Source: Eremomyces bilateralis CBS 781.70 (lineage: Eukaryota). From it: DNA of 23,779 nt. The stretch lies in assembly GCA_010015585.1 (NCBI GenBank), contig ML975192.1. One strand, given 5' to 3'. A model generated the notes under the pieces. That model was not told the origin of the DNA and ran no database searches. It saw nothing but the letters and a program-made list of their open reading frames with translations. Position 1 is the stretch's first letter. Each line of letters starts with the position of its first letter. Both the position numbers and the translations under genes were made by a program. Shown here in pieces: positions 21,429-23,779 of this stretch.

Positions 21429-23779
21429 CTATAATATCCGCTCTCCGTGGTAATAACGCCTATTCTTCTCTTTTTCACTGCGAGGACTTCGCCTTATATT
21501 AGAGTCTAAAACGCTGAGAGCGACCCGCTTTATCATTTCTCCTTCTCCTTCACTCGGTGCGGGACGTTTCGACGACTGATTGCCACCACTTACGCTGGAC
21601 AAACCATTCTCACTGTCTTCGAAAACACTAGATATGCCAGAGGAGCAATCTACGTTTGTCGATGTAACCGACCTAATGGATGTTAATGACGAATCTGCTA
21701 CCACTATCGGCACTGATTGGGTAGCTAGATAAGGAGAGCACGAGGCTGATATCTCTCTTGCGTTGGCAGTGATTCGTTCTAGCGAGGAAGCGTACTCTTC
21801 TCGGTCACGCAAAAATGATGCTCTTCGTCCTTGATCGGGAGTTATTAGAGTCTTTACTTCGGTCGATACTCTTCTTTCCTGAGGCTCTCCTTGTTGGGAC
21901 ATCTGCTTCGTGGCAGGGGGACCTTGTCTCTCGAGCAACGAACTTTGTCGAAACTGTTGCTCGGCAATAATCATAGGCTGTCTTTCTGACAACGCTCGGT
22001 CAGGTGAACATGGAGAGCATAATGCTGTATTCTCTCTCGCGCGAGCAATGAGTTTCTCCAATGAGGAAATATAATCATCGCTCTTACGCAAGAAGGACAC
22101 AGGTTTCTCTGGCTGAGTGGGATGCTCAATCGCGACTGAAGATTGCCCCTTGTGAGTCTCTCTCCCTTCTGGACCCTTGTAGACTTCTTGATAATCAAGG
22201 GAAATCTGCACTGGGCCTGCAGCTCCTGACGTCCGTGACGTTTCTAGCCTGCTACCTCCAGGCCAGTTCCTCACGACGTAGGACTTGATATTATTAAACT
22301 CCTTAAAGAGTTCATCGGAATGGTCTTTCAACCAGGTCGATTTCACAAACTCCTCCAACTCAGCGGCTGTATGGATGTAGGCATATTCTGTCGATAATGA
22401 TATCCACTCACTCTTCTGAGTAAATAGCTTCACGGAAAGTTCGGGCTTCGCCGTCTGATGCGCCGAGTTAACAACATTGTCTCCCCAGAGGGCTAGGCGG
22501 TCATAAAATGCACCTGGTGCTGTCCCAGCGTGGGGTTTCCGAAGACTGGGAGCAATGTCCCACGGGAAAGGCACCGTCCGCGTCAGGCCAGGGTTGCAGG
22601 CGTTACAACACTCCTCCGGTCTAGGAGGAGGCAACTTAGATGCGGGATCTGACAAACTCTCTTGCAGCCAATCCATCAGGATTCGGCGTAGGCAATTGGA
22701 TCGATTGACAAAATTGTATAGTGCTGGGCAGTCATTGTACAGCTCTGTCCGGCGCTCTCTCTGTGTTTTGCGTTTGCGCTGGTCTTCTGGGACGCCATAG
22801 TCAATGGCGTCTACAGCAACATCCGCTTCGTGGTCTGGAACATCACTATCCGCTTCTGGCTCGACGGGGCATGACTGAGCTAGCTGGCTCGTATAAGAAA
22901 GCTGTCTTAAAGACGACTGCTTCCGGCTTCTGGAGAACGCCGCTCTTGTTGATGAAACCCTGTCGCCTACAGCCCAGCTTTCCACCAGGAAGACAGCCTC
23001 CCCCTTGATGCTGGCCATTCTAGCTGCACGACCAAACCGTTGGATGAGAACGCTTAAAAGCCGCTCCAAGGGGAATCCATATTGGACGACACGTATGACA
23101 TCCGAGAGGTCCACTCCCGTTCCCAGTGACTCAGTTGCGACCATAATTCGAATCTTGGAATCCACTTTGGAGAACTCGCTGTACAGGGCCTCCTTATCAT
23201 GCAGCGTGGTGTGTGAGTGGTAGACCTGGATAATCTCTCTGCTGTCGCGGTGTCTTATGGCCCCTGACGACAGTCTGCACAGCCAGTCTCGCAAACATTC
23301 TGCGCATTTTTGGATATCGCGTCGTGAATCTATGAAAATTATCGTTTTCGGAATTTTCATAGGCGTCGGTAGCCCATTCGTCATGGCGTCCTGTAGAACG
23401 AAGAAGAGACTAGTGAACCTTTTCGTGGTCCGCGGCTCGATAGTCTCCACGATCAGCTTAATCTCCGGCCTGTCGATAGAGGTTCGGAAAATCTCGCAGC
23501 TGGCTTGGAAGCCTGTCATTTTCCTCGCTATATCCAACGTCGCTTGGTCTAACGTGGCAGAACATCCAAACCAAGGGATATACGCTCCTAGTCTTCGACG
23601 TAGAAGAGAGAGTTGTGCATACTGTGGACGGATACCACTTCCCCACAGGGCCACTAAATGGAGTTCATCCACAGCCACGACTGAGACGCGCTTTTTAAAG
23701 GACGGGTTGCTTGCTATTGATCGAAACCAACCGGCTGCGATCTCTGGGCCCATGAGGAGATGAGTATATATACCCGTCT
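21429..23779 (-). CDS. RecQ-like superfamily-2 DExH helicase, 5'-partial
   Basis: The frame is open to the window edge (TGIYTHLLMGPE). Motif II VAVDELH..WG..IRPQY (23658-23669), III CSATL, IDRPEI, IV TIIFIDS, YHS, V VATESLGTGVD..DV..VVQ, VI QRFGRAAR and a RecQ-type Zn motif CLRR...CCNAC. Walker A must lie beyond the window. Confidence 0.9.
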   Translation of the reverse strand, partial: TGIYTHLLMGPEIAAGWFRSIASNPSFKKRVSVVAVDELHLVALWGSGIRPQYAQLSLLRRRLGAYIPWFGCSATLDQATLDIARKMTGFQASCEIFRTSIDRPEIKLIVETIEPRTTKRFTSLFFVLQDAMTNGLPTPMKIPKTIIFIDSRRDIQKCAECLRDWLCRLSSGAIRHRDSREIIQVYHSHTTLHDKEALYSEFSKVDSKIRIMVATESLGTGVDLSDVIRVVQYGFPLERLLSVLIQRFGRAARMASIKGEAVFLVESWAVGDRVSSTRAAFSRSRKQSSLRQLSYTSQLAQSCPVEPEADSDVPDHEADVAVDAIDYGVPEDQRKRKTQRERRTELYNDCPALYNFVNRSNCLRRILMDWLQESLSDPASKLPPPRPEECCNACNPGLTRTVPFPWDIAPSLRKPHAGTAPGAFYDRLALWGDNVVNSAHQTAKPELSVKLFTQKSEWISLSTEYAYIHTAAELEEFVKSTWLKDHSDELFKEFNNIKSYVVRNWPGGSRLETSRTSGAAGPVQISLDYQEVYKGPEGRETHKGQSSVAIEHPTQPEKPVSFLRKSDDYISSLEKLIARARENTALCSPCSPDRALSERQPMIIAEQQFRQSSLLERQGPPATKQMSQQGEPQERRVSTEVKTLITPDQGRRASFLRDREEYASSLERITANAREISASCSPYLATQSVPIVVADSSLTSIRSVTSTNVDCSSGISSVFEDSENGLSSVSGGNQSSKRPAPSEGEGEMIKRVALSVLDSNIRRSPRSEKEKNRRYYHGERIL

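Larger units (their letters stand above)
18422..23779. mobile_element. Helicase-encoding Academ-superfamily (AcademH-type) DNA transposon, partial (runs off the window)
   Basis: Convergent pair of a DUF6589/Academ-like transposase and a RecQ-like SF2 helicase. The candidate left end TAGTTTAGTTTACC at 18422 is followed by repeated GCCTGAG motifs. The boundary is tentative because the second end is not visible. Confidence 0.8.

Noticed and set aside
21429..23779. Host RecQ (Sgs1/Hrq1) or telomere-linked helicase
   Set aside because: Motifs diverge from my recollection of cellular RecQ (DELH, QRFGRAAR, ESLGTGVD), there are no telomeric repeats, and the gene is tightly paired with a transposase-like gene.
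18422..23779. Helitron or Starship element
   Set aside because: No HUH Rep or PIF1 (SF1) motifs and no tyrosine-recombinase captain are visible. The helicase is SF2 and its partner has DDE-like motifs. Being cargo of a larger element cannot be excluded from this window.

Overview
Gene-dense genomic DNA from a filamentous ascomycete, judged from short GT-AG introns (mostly 44-61 nt) with CTRAY branch sites. Bases 1-18.1 kb hold nine ordinary host genes: a SMYD-type SET/MYND methyltransferase, a secreted S1/P1 nuclease, PSO2/SNM1, the complex I 17.8 kDa subunit, a ZZZ3/Ahc2-like protein, a SUR7/PalI membrane protein, a Cys-rich uncharacterised protein, a proline iminopeptidase and a secreted type-B carboxylesterase. 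From about 18.42 kb to the window end lies what looks like an intact helicase-encoding Academ (AcademH-type) DNA transposon. It has a spliced ~880-aa DUF6589-like DDE transposase (+) and a RecQ-like superfamily-2 helicase (-), arranged tail-to-tail with stop codons only 5 bp apart. A candidate left terminus lies at 18422; the helicase N-terminus and the right end are outside the window. All family calls come from motif recognition and manual splicing, not database searches.
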